Shown: positions 1-11,524, counted from the first letter of the stretch. The stretch: DNA of 64,000 bases from Octopus sinensis (GCF_006345805.1 NC_043021.1:2914001-2978000), one strand, 5' to 3'. Translations and numbers: made by a program. The notes: generated by a model not told the origin, from the letters alone.

Positions 1-90
1 CTCTGGGTAATATTTCTTTCAAGTTTTGACAAAAGGCTAACAACTTCCGGTAAAGGGATAAGTCGAAAACATCGCCCTCAGTGGGTGATC

Positions 91-220
91 GGTACTTATT
101 TTGGCGACCCCGAAAGGATGAAAGGGCAAAGTCGACCACGGCGAACTCAGAATGTGAAGACGGACGAAACGCCGCTAAGTATTTTGCTCTGCGTGATAGC
201 GATTCTGCCAGCTCACCACC
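91..220 (-). mobile_element. tRNA-derived SINE, family B, 5' part (degraded)
   Basis: Reverse complement begins GGTGGTGAGCTGGCAGAATCG and contains GACTTTGCCCTTTCATCCTTTCGGGGTCG, matching other family B copies in the window. Confidence 0.75.
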
Positions 221-387
221 CTATGAATGGAACTGTATTGAGAGAAGTCATTTGACGGAACAAGGAGTGAGTATATTAATCGAAAGGGGTACGGAACCAG
301 CATGATGTGGCAGGGGTAAACCAGCATATGGTGTCGGGCCCCGCTGCTGATATTGGGGGCTGCGTTCTATACCTTGACCTGAGCATA

Positions 388-542
388 TTTCAGTTTCCGT
401 CTACCAAATCCACTCACAAGGCATTGGTCGGCCCGGGGCTATAGCAGAGGACACTTGCCCAAGATGCCACGCAGTGGGACTGAACCCGGAACCATGTGGT
501 TGGTTAGCAAGGTACTTACCACACAGCCACTCCTGCGCCTAT
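388..542 (-). mobile_element. tRNA-derived SINE, family A, head region
   Basis: Reverse complement ATAGGCGCAGGAGTGGCTGTGTGG...GGGTTCAGTCCC with A-box-like and B-box-like motifs; near-identical to 26648-26810. Confidence 0.85.
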
Positions 543-914
543 CCAATATTTTTTTTAATGTTTCAGTAGAGGTTCCTTTTATGCTTCTTATTTCTTTAGG
601 TAAGCAGTTGAATAGTTGAGGACCTCTAAACATCAGGCTGATACAATAGAATAATAGATTGTACAGAATATACACATTTAATGTTTGTTTGTTGCTGTTT
701 TCTTAGACATAAAGATCTTAAAATTTCCAGTCGTTTTCCTTTGACGTTTCACTTCGTGTGCGTGCGTGTGTATGTGTGTGTGTGTGTGTGTGTATGTGCA
801 TGGGTATGTGTGCATGGGGGTGGAGTGGTTAGGGCTGTGATGATGCTTAAATTTTCTTTTTTTTTAACCACAAATAAAACTTTGATGTTTTACTGACTGA
901 GCTGTAGCCTACGC

Positions 915-1130
915 TACAACTACTACCATCAACGCCACTTTCGCGACTGGTACCACTGCAGATACTGCTGCTGCTGCTACAGCAGCTGCTAACTACTACT
1001 ACTACTACTACTGCTGCTGCTGCTGGTACTACTACTACTACTACTACCACCATTACCACCACCACCACCACTATTTCTACTACTACTACTACCACCACCA
1101 CCACCACCACTACCACCACCACCACTATTT

Positions 1131-1168
<38 letters not shown>

Positions 1169-1277
1169 GCTACTACTACTACCACTACCACCACCACCAC
1201 TATTTCTACTACTACTACTACTACTGCTGCTGCTACTACTACTACTACCACCACCACCACCACCACCACCACTATTT

Positions 1278-1318
<41 letters not shown>

Positions 1319-1361
1319 GCTGCTACTACTACTACCACTACCACCACCACCACTATTTCTA

Positions 1362-1393
<32 letters not shown>

Positions 1394-1436
1394 ACTACTA
1401 CTACTACTACCACCACCACCACCACCACCACTATTT

Positions 1437-1478
<42 letters not shown>

Positions 1479-1660
1479 TCGCTGCTGCTTTTCTGTTATA
1501 ACTATCATCATCATCGTCACCACCACCACTACTGCCGCTTCTGCAACTACTATTATTACTACTGCTACTACCTCCACCACAGCTATTTTTCTATTACAAC
1601 AACCATCACCAACACCACTACTACTACTACTACTACTTTCTTACGATTGCCAGCATTGTT
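915..1660. repeat. Compound trinucleotide repeat (ACT/ACC/GCT) with a recurring CCACTATTTCTACT variant
   Basis: Seen directly in the sequence. Confidence 0.95.
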
Positions 1661-1939
1661 ACTACTATTAATACAGACATCGCTACTACTACTACCGCCT
1701 CCACTACTTACTTGTACTACATATTACCACCGCGATAAATGCTTTCATTATCGCGACCATCTCCACTACCGCCTTCACCTCTCTTCACCACTGCTACTAC
1801 TACCACTGCTTTTTTTTTTCCCTACCACCACGACTACTACTATTAATTTTCTATCACAACTACCAACATCAACACCACCCATCCACGCCCCCCCCTGCGG
1901 TACCCACCCCCCAACGCCCAGCCCAGCTCCGCCCCCCCC

Positions 1940-1943
1940 CACT

Positions 1944-1975
<32 letters not shown>

Positions 1976-1977
1976 TC

Positions 1978-2009
<32 letters not shown>

Positions 2010-2111
2010 CACACCACCACCACTACTACCACCACCACCACCACTACTACTACTACTACCACTACTACTACTACCACCACCACCACCACTACTACTACCA
2101 CCACCACCACC

Positions 2112-2149
<38 letters not shown>

Positions 2150-2222
2150 CACCACCACCACTACTACTACTACTACTACCACAACCACCACCACTACTAC
2201 TACTGCTACCACCACCACCACC

Positions 2223-2258
<36 letters not shown>

Positions 2259-2264
2259 GCTACC

Positions 2265-2314
<50 letters not shown>

Positions 2315-2345
2315 CACCACTACTACTACTGCTGCTGCTGCTGCT
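1940..2345. repeat. Compound (ACT)n/(ACC)n/(GCT)n microsatellite
   Basis: Seen directly; source of the poly-Thr and poly-Val pseudo-ORFs. Confidence 0.95.
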
Positions 2346-2719
2346 GTCATGTTTTTGCTGTTGCAGCTGTTATAGATAGTCATTCATCTTGTCAACTATT
2401 TTTGTGAATTTTATATTTTTTTCATTCTTTTTTGTTTGTTTTTTTTGTTTGTTTGTTTTTTTGGTTTTTTTGTTCACACATCTTCTGAAGTCATGTTTTA
2501 CAAAGTCTTCTTCGGGTTTTTTTTTTTTATCCTCATTTTATTTTTTATGTTTTCATTTTGGATTTTATTATCATTATTTATTTTATTTTTATTTTTGTAA
2601 ATTTTTTTTTTTTTTTTTACCTTAACCTGTATTCATTTTCCAATTCAGTTATTTTTAAGCTCTTTCTCCTCTCCAAATCTGTGCTGTTACACTTAATATG
2701 ATTGAAATATTGGGAAAGC

Positions 2720-2777
<58 letters not shown>

Positions 2778-2780
2778 CAG
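2720..2780. repeat. (GATA)n microsatellite
   Basis: Seen directly. Confidence 0.95.
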
Positions 2781-2875
2781 ATGAACCATTTAACTAATAC
2801 AATTTGGTACATGGTCGGTTGGTCTGGTCAACGACTGTGGAATAAACTACCTCCCAATGTCCTACACCCTTTTAA

Positions 2876-3574
2876 TAGTAGTTCTCAACTATAAGATTTG
2901 GTTGGGGGGGTGTCCCCGCAACAAAATAGTAAACTGAGGACTCCTAATAGTATTTTAGGGGCCCCTGAAAATAGTTTTGCTTTAGATGTATGTGCTGGTA
3001 TGTATTGCAAGAAACACTTAGGTTTCTTCCCCTAACGTTTTACAGAGTTCAACCTGCACAAGTTAATGTGTGAAAAACGAAATAGGAATTTCTAAAGAAG
3101 TTTCTATAAAACTAGTTTTTAAACATTGAATGGCTATGGGGTCCACCAGAATAAAATAGTAATCAAAGGCACAGGAGTGGATCTGTGGTAAGTAGCTTGC
3201 TAATCAACCACATGGTTCCGGGTTCAGTCCCACTGCGTGGCATCTTGGGCAAGTGTCTTCTGCTATAGCCCCGGGCCAACCAATGCCTTGTGAGTGGATT
3301 TGGTAGACAGAAACTAAAAAGAAGCCTGTCGTATATATGTATATATATATATGTATGTGTGTGTATGTGTTTGTGTGATTGTCCCCCTAGCATTGCTTGA
3401 CATCCGGTGCTGGTGTGTTTACGTCCCCGTCACTTAGCGGTAAGTACCGGGGTCGATTTGCTCGACTAAAGGCGGTGCTCTAGCATGGCCGCAGTCAAAT
3501 GTCTGAAACAAGTAAAAGAGTAAAATAGTAATCAAAGGGGTCCATAGATTTTTTTAAATGGTTGAGAACCCCTG
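2876..3574. mobile_element. Degraded hAT-like MITE interrupted by a SINE-A insertion
   Basis: Right end GGTTGAGAACCCCTG (3560-3574, reverse complement CAGGGGTTCTCAACC); left end TAGTAGTTCTCAACT matches 11/15; no clean 8-bp TSD. Confidence 0.5.
3170..3520 (+). mobile_element. Near full-length SINE-A (internal deletion) with 18-bp TSD
   Basis: tRNA-like head, internal (TA/TG) microsatellite and AGTAAAAGAG tail; TAAAATAGTAATCAAAGG is duplicated at 3152-3169 and 3521-3538. Confidence 0.9.
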
Positions 3575-3713
3575 GCTTAATTGAATGGCTTGTCATAGGG
3601 TAGCAGAAGCTCTCACAAAGAAGCTAATGGACAAACTGTGCTAGACGGGACAAGAACCACCAGGTTTTCTCCCCATTGAAACATGCCGTGGTTGGTATCA
3701 ATAACATCCTGAA

Positions 3714-3765
3714 CCCTTTTGTTTCTGTATTTCTGTTGAAATTCATACCTTTATGTTACTGAGTT
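3714..3765. mobile_element. End fragment of the piggyBac-type MITE family seen at 28793-29015
   Basis: AACCCTTTTGTTTC...TATTTCTGTTGAAAT resembles one end of that MITE. Confidence 0.35.
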
Positions 3766-4262
3766 TGCATAAAGAAGTGCTGCTCACTTAAAGTGGAAGG
3801 AAATTGTGGAAAAGAGAGACCCAGGAAGACATGGGATGAAATATTGAAGACCGATCTCAAAATGCTGAATCTTCCAAAGGAGTTGACAGAGAACCGAGAT
3901 ATGTAGTGCATTATTGTACTTGAGAAGGCCCACCCACCACAACAGAATTGAGGTTTTAAAACCAAGGTGCCATGTAAAAAGTATTGGTGTGGGAGCTGGT
4001 TTCACATAAAGAGCTTTGATGTGGGTGCTGGTGCCATGTAAAAAGCATTGGTGTGGATGCTGGTGATAGTGCCACATAAAAAGCACCCAGTATACTCTGT
4101 GGAGTGGTTGGTGTTAGGAAGGGCATCCATCCATAGAAACCAAGCCAAAACAGATTATGGGACCTGGTGCGGCCCCTAACCTTATCAATTCCTGTCAAGT
4201 TGTCCAACCCATGCCAGCATGGAAAACGGACGTTAAATGATGACGATGTTGATGATGATGAT
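3766..4262 (+). mobile_element. RTE-clade LINE 3' end (family C): C-terminal coding remnant, 3' UTR and (GAT)n tail
   Basis: Translates as VEGNCGKRRPRKTWDEILKTDLKMLNL (RTE C-terminal GRPRxxW motif), followed by GTGCCA(T/C)-AAAAAG repeats, GGAAGGGCATCC...CCATGCCAGCATGGAAAACGGACGTTAAA and GAT repeats. Confidence 0.75.
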
Positions 4263-4378
4263 GAAAGGAAGAAAGGCAAAGTTGACCTCAGCGGAATTTG
4301 GACTCAGAACGTAACGGCAGATGAAATACCGCTAAGCATTTCACCCGGCATGCTAAAGATTCTACCAGCTCGCCACCT
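4263..4378 (-). mobile_element. SINE-B head fragment
   Basis: Reverse complement GGTGGCGAGCTGGTAGAATC...GAGTCCAAATTCCGCTGAGG. Confidence 0.8.
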
Positions 4379-4420
4379 TAGATATCTGGCCCAAATATTC
4401 TACCTGTTTTATGTTTAACA

Positions 4421-4773
4421 GCGCAGGCATGGCTGTAAGCTAAGAAGCTTGCTTCCCAACCACATAGTTTCGGGTTCAGTCCCACTGCATGGTACTTTGG
4501 ACATGTGTCTTCTACTCTAAGCCTTGGGCTGACCAAAGCCTTGTCAGAGGATTTGGTAGGTGGAAACTGAAAGAACCCTCTGTGTGTGTGTGTTTGATCA
4601 CCACTTGACAACCAGTGTTGGTGTGTTTACTTCCCCGTAACTTAGCAGTTGGTGAATGAAACCGATAGATTAAGCACCAGGCTTTAAAAAAGTCCTGGGG
4701 TTGATTTGTTTTACTAAAACCCTTCAAAGCAGTGCCCAAGCTTGACCACAGTCAAATAACTGAAACAAGTAGA
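4421..4773 (+). mobile_element. Older SINE-A copy
   Basis: Diverged match over the head, the body and the AAATAACTGAAACAAG tail. Confidence 0.8.
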
Positions 4774-5672
4774 ATCATCATCATCATCATCATCGTTTAA
4801 CGTCCGTTTTCCATGCTGGCATGGGTTGGACGGTTCAACTGGGGTCTGGCAAGCCCGAAGGCTGCACCAGGCCAGTCAGATCTGGCAGTGTTTCTACAGC
4901 TGGATGCCCTTCCTAACGCCAACCACTCCGAGAGTGTAGTGGGTGATTTTATGTGCCACCGTCACAGGTGCCAGACGAGGCTGGCAGACGGCCACGCTCG
5001 GATGGTGTTTTTATGTGCCACCGTCACAGGTGCCAGACGAGGCTGGCAGACGGCCACGCTCGGATGGTGTTTTTTGTGCCACTGACACAGGTGCCAGACG
5101 AGGCTGGCAGACGGCCACGCTCGATGGTGTTTTTTATGTGCCATGACACAGGTGCCAGACGAGGCTGGCAGACGGCCACGCTCGGATGGTGTTTTTTATG
5201 TGCCACCGACACAGGGTGGCCAGACGAGGCTGGCAGACGGCCACGCTCGGATGGTGTTTTTTATGTGCCACCGACACAGGTGCCAGACGAGGCTGGCAGA
5301 CGGCCACGCTCGGATGGTGTTTTTTATGTGCCACTGACACAGGTGCCAGACGAGGCTGGCAGACGGCCACGCTCGGATGGTGTTTTTTTTGTGCCACTGA
5401 CAAGATGCCAGACGAGGCTGGCAGGACGGCCACGCTCGGATGGTGTTTTTTATGTGCCACCGACACAGGTGCCAGACGAGGCTGGCAGACGACCACGCTC
5501 GGATGGTGTTTTTTATGTGCCACCGTCACAGGTGCCAGACGAGCTGGCAGACGGCCACGCTCTATGGTGTTTTTTATGTGCCACCGACACAATGCAGACG
5601 AGGCTGGCAGACGGCCACGCTCGGATGGTGTTTTTTATGTGCCACTGACACAGATGCCAGACGAGGCTGGTG
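4774..5672 (-). mobile_element. Family C LINE 3' UTR with an expanded internal minisatellite
   Basis: (ATC)n-GTTTAACGTCCGTTTTCCATGC start (reverse complement of the tail), continuing into the tandem array. Confidence 0.8.
4951..5672. repeat. 62-bp minisatellite, about 12 units, each with a TGCCAG-ACGAGG-CTGGCA hairpin
   Basis: ATGTGCCACC recurs at 4951 and 5013 (period 62) and continues to about 5670. Confidence 0.95.
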
Positions 5673-6061
5673 AAAAAAGATAAAAGATAAATCAGTCACA
5701 TCCAACCTCTCACACCTCCCCTACAATGTCATTCTAAAAATAATCATATCATCGAAATCTAAAAGCTTAATGCAGGATTAATTCAAAACAATGTGAGTAA
5801 ATAAGCATTAAATTTAAGAGAGTAATCTGAATACTGAAGGATTAAGCACTTTTGAATAAACAAATACTCAGTCTTTTAGACTTTCATGTGCTAAATTCCG
5901 TGCGACAAGTTTATATTTGATACAGTTAAGTAAATTAAAACCACTTTTCTTCCTCGAATTTCTATTTCTTCAAAAACACCTGGCAAATATGAAAGGATGC
6001 TGGAATCAACCGAATTTAACTGACACTGGATTAACACTCACTTAAAGAGTGTTATTATTGG

Positions 6062-6575
6062 CTAGCAGTATCGCCCGGCGTTGCTCGGGTTTGTAAGGGA
6101 AATAACTATATAAGCATTTTTAGAGAGTTACTTCCCTTATAGATGCCAATTCGGGCTTTCTTAGCCATTTCTGTTTTGGTGTCTTCAAGCCATGAAGTTG
6201 TTGTTCTAAAAGAACGCTGGTCTCCTTGACAACGCTTTACGACCTTGATTTCCTTACACTCCCTTCCCCACAGCTTCACGAGGGAGGGAAGAAGGGGGAG
6301 AAGCAAACAGGTGCAGGTGTGACCATGGACGCCAACTCCGCCGCCATTGACACATGAAAAATTATGCATTAAAATGGAATAAAAAATGATGTTAAATTAT
6401 TTTTAAAATCGTAGACTCATTGTAGACGCACGCTAATACTCAGGCGGGCTCGATATGAATCACGACTATAAGATACCCGAATTTGGTTAAACTGCACCGC
6501 AAAATGTGGGAGTAGTTAGGAATCTAAATCGAAGGGGACAGACACTCACACAACTACAGTTTTATATATATAGAT
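6062..6575 (+). mobile_element. Non-autonomous Helitron/Helentron-like element (Lep1/DINE-1-like architecture)
   Basis: 5' CTAGCAGTATCG followed by the CCCG-GCGTTGCT-CGGG hairpin; 3' AATTTGGTT...GACAGACA...TTTTATATATATAGAT. Recognised from memory of the family, not by alignment. Confidence 0.55.
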
Positions 6576-7024
6576 ATGTTTGTAGAAAGTAGTGCAATGA
6601 AATGTATGAGAGGGGAAGGGAACTCTATCTCACAGAGAATTAAAAGCAGTTTTTTGTGGTTGATATCTCCAATAATAAAAGAAAACCATATTTTGACTGA
6701 AAAAAATTATATTAAAATTACAATTCTCAAGAATGTGTAGTCTTTGATAATGTGTTGTTTTTTTTTCACATACTCCCATAAATTAATAAGCAAATTTCTT
6801 CATTATACATAGATAATGTTCTTTCTCTCATTACTTCTTCTTTAGCTCCAGGCAAATATTGAAAAGTTACAAAAAACGAATGATTTTGTTTTGTTGTCGG
6901 AATATGAAGCATAAATTGTGACTCCTAAGTCACAATTTATCAGACAGCTCAACAAATTGACTAAACAAGCTGACAGAACATACAGCCATAGTCTCTTGAT
7001 ATAAGAAGCTTCACATGTGATACA

Positions 7025-7426
7025 TACTCTTTTACTCTTTTACTTGTTTCAGTCATTTGACTGCGGCCATGCTGGAGCACCGCCTTTAGTCGAGCGACTC
7101 GACCCCGGGACTTATTCTTTTGTAAGCCCAGGATTTATTCTATCGGTCTCATTTGCCGAACCGCTAAGTGACGGGGACGTAAACACACCAGCATCGGTTG
7201 TCAAACAATGCTAGGGGGACAGACACAGACACACAAACATACACGCACACACATATATATATATACATATATACAACGGGCTTCTTTCAGTTTCCGTCTA
7301 CCAAATCCACTCACAAGGCATTGGTCGGCCCGGGGCTATAGCAGAAGACACTTGCCCAAGGTGCCACGCAGTGGGACTGAACCCGGAACCATGTGGTTGG
7401 TTAGCAAGCTACTTACCACACAGCCA
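7025..7426 (-). mobile_element. Young SINE-A, slightly 5'-truncated
   Basis: High identity to 23701-24092 and 55220-55619. Confidence 0.9.
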
Positions 7427-7500
7427 ATTTTTTTTAACTTTTACCACTTATTTTCTAGCATATATCTATGTATTAGTAAGGCAAGAAGTCTTTGATCATA

Positions 7501-8284
7501 TACCTATTTCTTTACTACCCACAAGGGGCTAAACACAGAGGGGACAAACAAGGACAGACAAACAACTAAGTCGATTACATCGACCCCAGTGCGTAACTGG
7601 TACTTATTTAATCGACCCCGAAAGGATGAAAGGCAAAGTTGACCTCGGCGAAATTTGAACTTAGAACGTAGCGACAGACGAAATACCTATTTCTTTATTA
7701 CCCACAAGGAGCTAAACACAGAGGGGACAAACAAGGACAGACAAACGACTAAGCCGATTACATCGACCCCAGTGCGTAACTGGTACTTATTTAATCGACG
7801 CCGAAAGGATGAAAGGCAAAGTTGACCTCGGCGAAATTTGAACTTAGAACGTAGCGACAGACGAAATACCTATTTCTTTATTACCCACAAGGAGCTAAAC
7901 ACAGAGGGGACAAACAAGGACAGACAAACGACTAAGCCGATTACATCGACCCCAGTGCGTAACTGGTACTTATTCAATCGACGCCGAAAGGATGAAAGGC
8001 AAAGTTGACCTCGGCGAAATTTGAACTTAGAACGTAGCGACAGACGAAATACCTATTTCTTTATTACCCACAAGGGGCTAAACACAGAAGGGACAAACAA
8101 GGACAGACATAGGTATTAAGTCGATTACATCGACCCTAGTGTGTAACTGGTACTTAATTTATCGACCCCGAAAGGATGAAAGGCAAAGTTGACCTCGGCG
8201 AAATTTGAACTTAGAACATAGCGACAGACGAAATACCGCTAAGCATTTCGCCCGGTGTGCTAACGTTTCTGCCAGCTCGACGCC
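7501..8284 (-). mobile_element. SINE-B multimer: one head plus four tandem ~183-bp body units
   Basis: The GAAATAC junction anchor recurs with periods 183, 183, 183 and 184 (7501, 7684, 7867, 8050, 8234); the head ends at GCCAGCTCGACGCC. Confidence 0.95.
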
Positions 8285-8544
8285 ACAATTATAAAGCCAT
8301 TCTTGTTTCATCTCTTTTCCATCTTTACATAACCCCACTTCTCATCATAAAACTGATGAAGTCGGCTGCTATAGTTTCAGTTTTGAGTCAGGGTGTTCAT
8401 TGCCCCCCTTTGAAATTTCTGACTTAATCTTCAATCTTAAGCCTTTGACCTTTCATGCTAAGTAAGAGTACAGTTAGTGTCTTTAATTGCGATTGTTATT
8501 GTATAATGTTCTACAATATTCCCTTTTCTGAACTTACCTTAGCT

Positions 8545-8582
8545 TCTCTCTCCCCTCTTTTCTCTCTCTCTCTCTCTCTCTC

Positions 8583-8621
<39 letters not shown>

Positions 8622-8648
8622 TCTCTCTCTCTCTCTCCCCTCTCTCAG
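8545..8648. repeat. (CT)n microsatellite
   Basis: Seen directly. Confidence 0.95.
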
Positions 8649-8792
8649 ATCTTTGTGATTTTCATCACTGCCTACAATTTTGTTCCAATTGTTTTCAAAT
8701 TTGGTATATAGATTAAGTTTTGTATACTGATTATGAAAATAATGTTTTAATGTTTTTCATTGTTTACTGGCTGCCCCCGAATGTCTACTAGA

Positions 8793-9020
8793 TACTCTTT
8801 TGCTTGTTTCAGTCATTTGACTGCGGCCATGCTGGAGCACCGCCTTTTAGTCGAGCAAATCGACCCCAGGACTTATTCTTTTGTAAGCCTAGTACTTATT
8901 CTATCGGTCTCTTTTGCCGAACCGAACCGCTAAGTTACGGGGACGCAAACACACCAGCATCGGTTGTCAAGCGATGTTGGGGGGGGGAGGCAAACACAGA
9001 CACTCACACACACACACACC
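8793..9020 (-). mobile_element. SINE-A 3' half (5'-truncated)
   Basis: TACTCTTTTGCTTGTTTCAGTCATTTGACTGCGGCC is the reverse complement of the SINE-A tail. Confidence 0.85.
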
Positions 9021-9339
9021 ATTCTTGCGCTAACCCATCCTAGCCCTTCCCTCCGTTCACATACTCCTACAAATCTAAACACTCAAGTCAATAGAAGTAA
9101 AACCTCTATATGTCTTTTATGCTTAGGGCTTTTCATATAAATTAAGTTGTGGCTGCAGACACAAAGGACTTGACATAAAAGAGAAGGAAAATGAGTATTT
9201 TGTGTCTCTCTCTGGTTCTACGCTTGCACTTAATGAGAAAAACATACACGTGTTCTTTGTGCGTTCGGAAATTAACCCTAACTCCACCCCCCACACACAC
9301 CACTACCATTTCTATCACTTCCACCAACATAATGTACGT

Positions 9340-9342
9340 CTG

Positions 9343-9374
<32 letters not shown>

Positions 9375-9789
9375 ATATATATTATATATATTATATATAT
9401 ATATATCTATATATATATACATATATATAATAATATATATATATATGTATGTATGATGTATGTATGTATGTATATATGTATGTATATATATATATATATA
9501 TTATATAGATATATATATTATATATATGTATATATGTATGTATGTATGTATGTATATATTTGTGTATGTGTATACATATATACATGCACACATACATATA
9601 TATATAGACACCTACGCATACATATATGTAAATATATATCTGGATGTAATGTACTATATATACATGTGTATGTATGTGTATATATGTGTGTATATGTGCA
9701 TGCGTGTGTACGTATGTCTATATGACTATGTATTTGTGTGTGCGTGTGTTAGCATATATATATATATATATATACATACATATATATAT

Positions 9790-9833
<44 letters not shown>
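9340..9833. repeat. (TA)n/(TATG)n low-complexity tract
   Basis: Seen directly. Confidence 0.95.
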
Positions 9834-9836
<3 letters not shown>

Positions 9837-10258
9837 GGGGCTCCAAATTAGAGGAACAACCATTTAGCTCTTATTTACTTGGTAGTTCTTTTAAAATCAG
9901 AAAATTCTTTTAAAAGCCAAAATATTAACAAGCGCAGAAGAAAATCAATCGACAAATGAACGAAATCCGACTGAATTATTTCAAAAGCAGCAATGCTACA
10001 GCATGGTCTTGCGCTTGACGACTAAAACAAACTTAAACGAAAGAGCAAAGAGCGTCGTTTTTTTTTTTTTTTCTTGTTAGTTTTCACTTAACTAATTTCT
10101 AAGACTCGTTATTACTAACGAAGAAATGACTAGACTGCTGTGACGCTAACCGAAAGTAGCAGAAGCCATTAGCGAGAACAACCCTTCACATTAAATCCAA
10201 TCGTTTTATTTTTCCATCACACTGATGTATTAGTATAATGCTCGGAAATTGAAAAAGT

Positions 10259-10294
10259 CTTTAACGTTTCGAGCCTATGCTCTTCCACAGAAAG
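10259..10294 (-). ncRNA. Minimal type I hammerhead-ribozyme-like motif (A6U core variant), probably from a Penelope-like element
   Basis: Minus strand CTTT-CTGTGGA-A-GAGC-ATAG-GCTC-GAAA-CG-T-T-AAAG: stem I CTTT/AAAG, stem II GAGC/GCTC, palindromic AACGTT stem III. Confidence 0.55.
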
Positions 10295-10344
10295 GAACAC
10301 AGAACGAAACAAGGAGAGGAAAATGTGTGTAGTGGCTAGCGATC

Positions 10345-10625
10345 TATCATGATGACAATGATGATGATGACAATGACAACAATCATGATGATGATGATAA
10401 TGATGATGATGATGATGACGATGACGATGATAACAATGATGATGATGATAACAATCATGATGATGATGGTAATGATGATGATGATGATCACGATGACGAT
10501 GATGATTGATGATGATGATGATGACGATGACAATGATGATGATTATGATGATGATGATGATGACGATGACAATGATGATGATTATGATGATGATGACAAT
10601 GACAACAATCATGATGATGATGATA
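10345..10625. repeat. (GAT/GAC/AAT)n microsatellite
   Basis: Seen directly; source of the poly-Asp, poly-Met and poly-Ile pseudo-ORFs. Confidence 0.95.
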
Positions 10626-11256
10626 AGGTTCAACTTCAACTACTGATGATAATAACTGACATGCATCTTTTTGCCAGCATCATCCAAAATACATGTGTTG
10701 TTAGACCTCGATTTTTCAGCCTCTTTTGCTGGAGATTATTCTCTCGATGCAGTTCATCCTGTCCTATTTTACTTCGCTGACTCCTGCAAATGTCCCTCAC
10801 ACAGATTTACCAAAGAAACATGCTTCCAGTCGATTTCTCTCCTCTTGTCATTCTTCAGCATATTTTAACTCGAGGGAAGTAACCATTAATAGATAACGTA
10901 TCTGTCATGTAGAGTTTTCCATATTTACTCAAAAAACTGCCAGCAGAGCTTTCATTCTAGACCAAGTCTACGTTTGGAACATTAGTTTTTAGGGATAAAC
11001 ACATTATGTTTGGCACTGGTTCAGCTTTCTGCTGCAACTGGTTTGCTCTTTGAGCTTCAGTGAACCTTTAGTTTCTTCAGCCTGATGGAATCTTTTTTCG
11101 GTTACATTTTTGTTATGTTTGAGAAATTCTTCTGCCTGCCATTGGTTCCTTTTTGGGTTTTTTTCTTTTGTATTTCTTTTCTTAATTTTCAACTTTTACA
11201 CTTCAAGTTGTCACTCATACACATAAAACTTCTGTACTAGACTTCAACACATTCAT

Positions 11257-11293
<37 letters not shown>

Positions 11294-11524
11294 TTCTCTC
11301 TCAGATTTTCTCTTAATTTTCAGCTTTTACACTAGAAACTATCACTCACTTATAACACATAAAATGTCCATAGTTTTGTCAAAAAATGCACACTTATGTA
11401 AATACACTTCTGTACTCAACATTAACCAAGCATATACACACACACACACTCTCTCTCTCTCCCTCTCCTTCTCTTTCTCCATCTTTCCTTTCTTCCCTTT
11501 AAAAATATCTCATATCAATGCAGA

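Noticed and set aside
847-2383. Long ORFs (194, 242 and 125 aa) that look like mucin or poly-Thr/Val proteins
   Set aside because: They are translations of ACT/ACC/GCT microsatellites, which are open in several frames; there is no splice or domain evidence.
4951-5672. CRISPR-like array of hairpin repeats, and the overlapping 150-230 aa ORFs
   Set aside because: The sequence between hairpins is identical in every unit (no unique spacers), the context is eukaryotic with no cas genes, and the ORFs are repeat artefacts.
8355-8390. CTGATGA occurrences at about 8355, 14752 and 45070 (plus strand) and about 24775 (minus strand)
   Set aside because: None has a closable stem II followed by GAAA and stem I pairing.
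10650-11200. Possible minus-strand exons
   Set aside because: Only short open frames, weak splice signals and no recognisable product.
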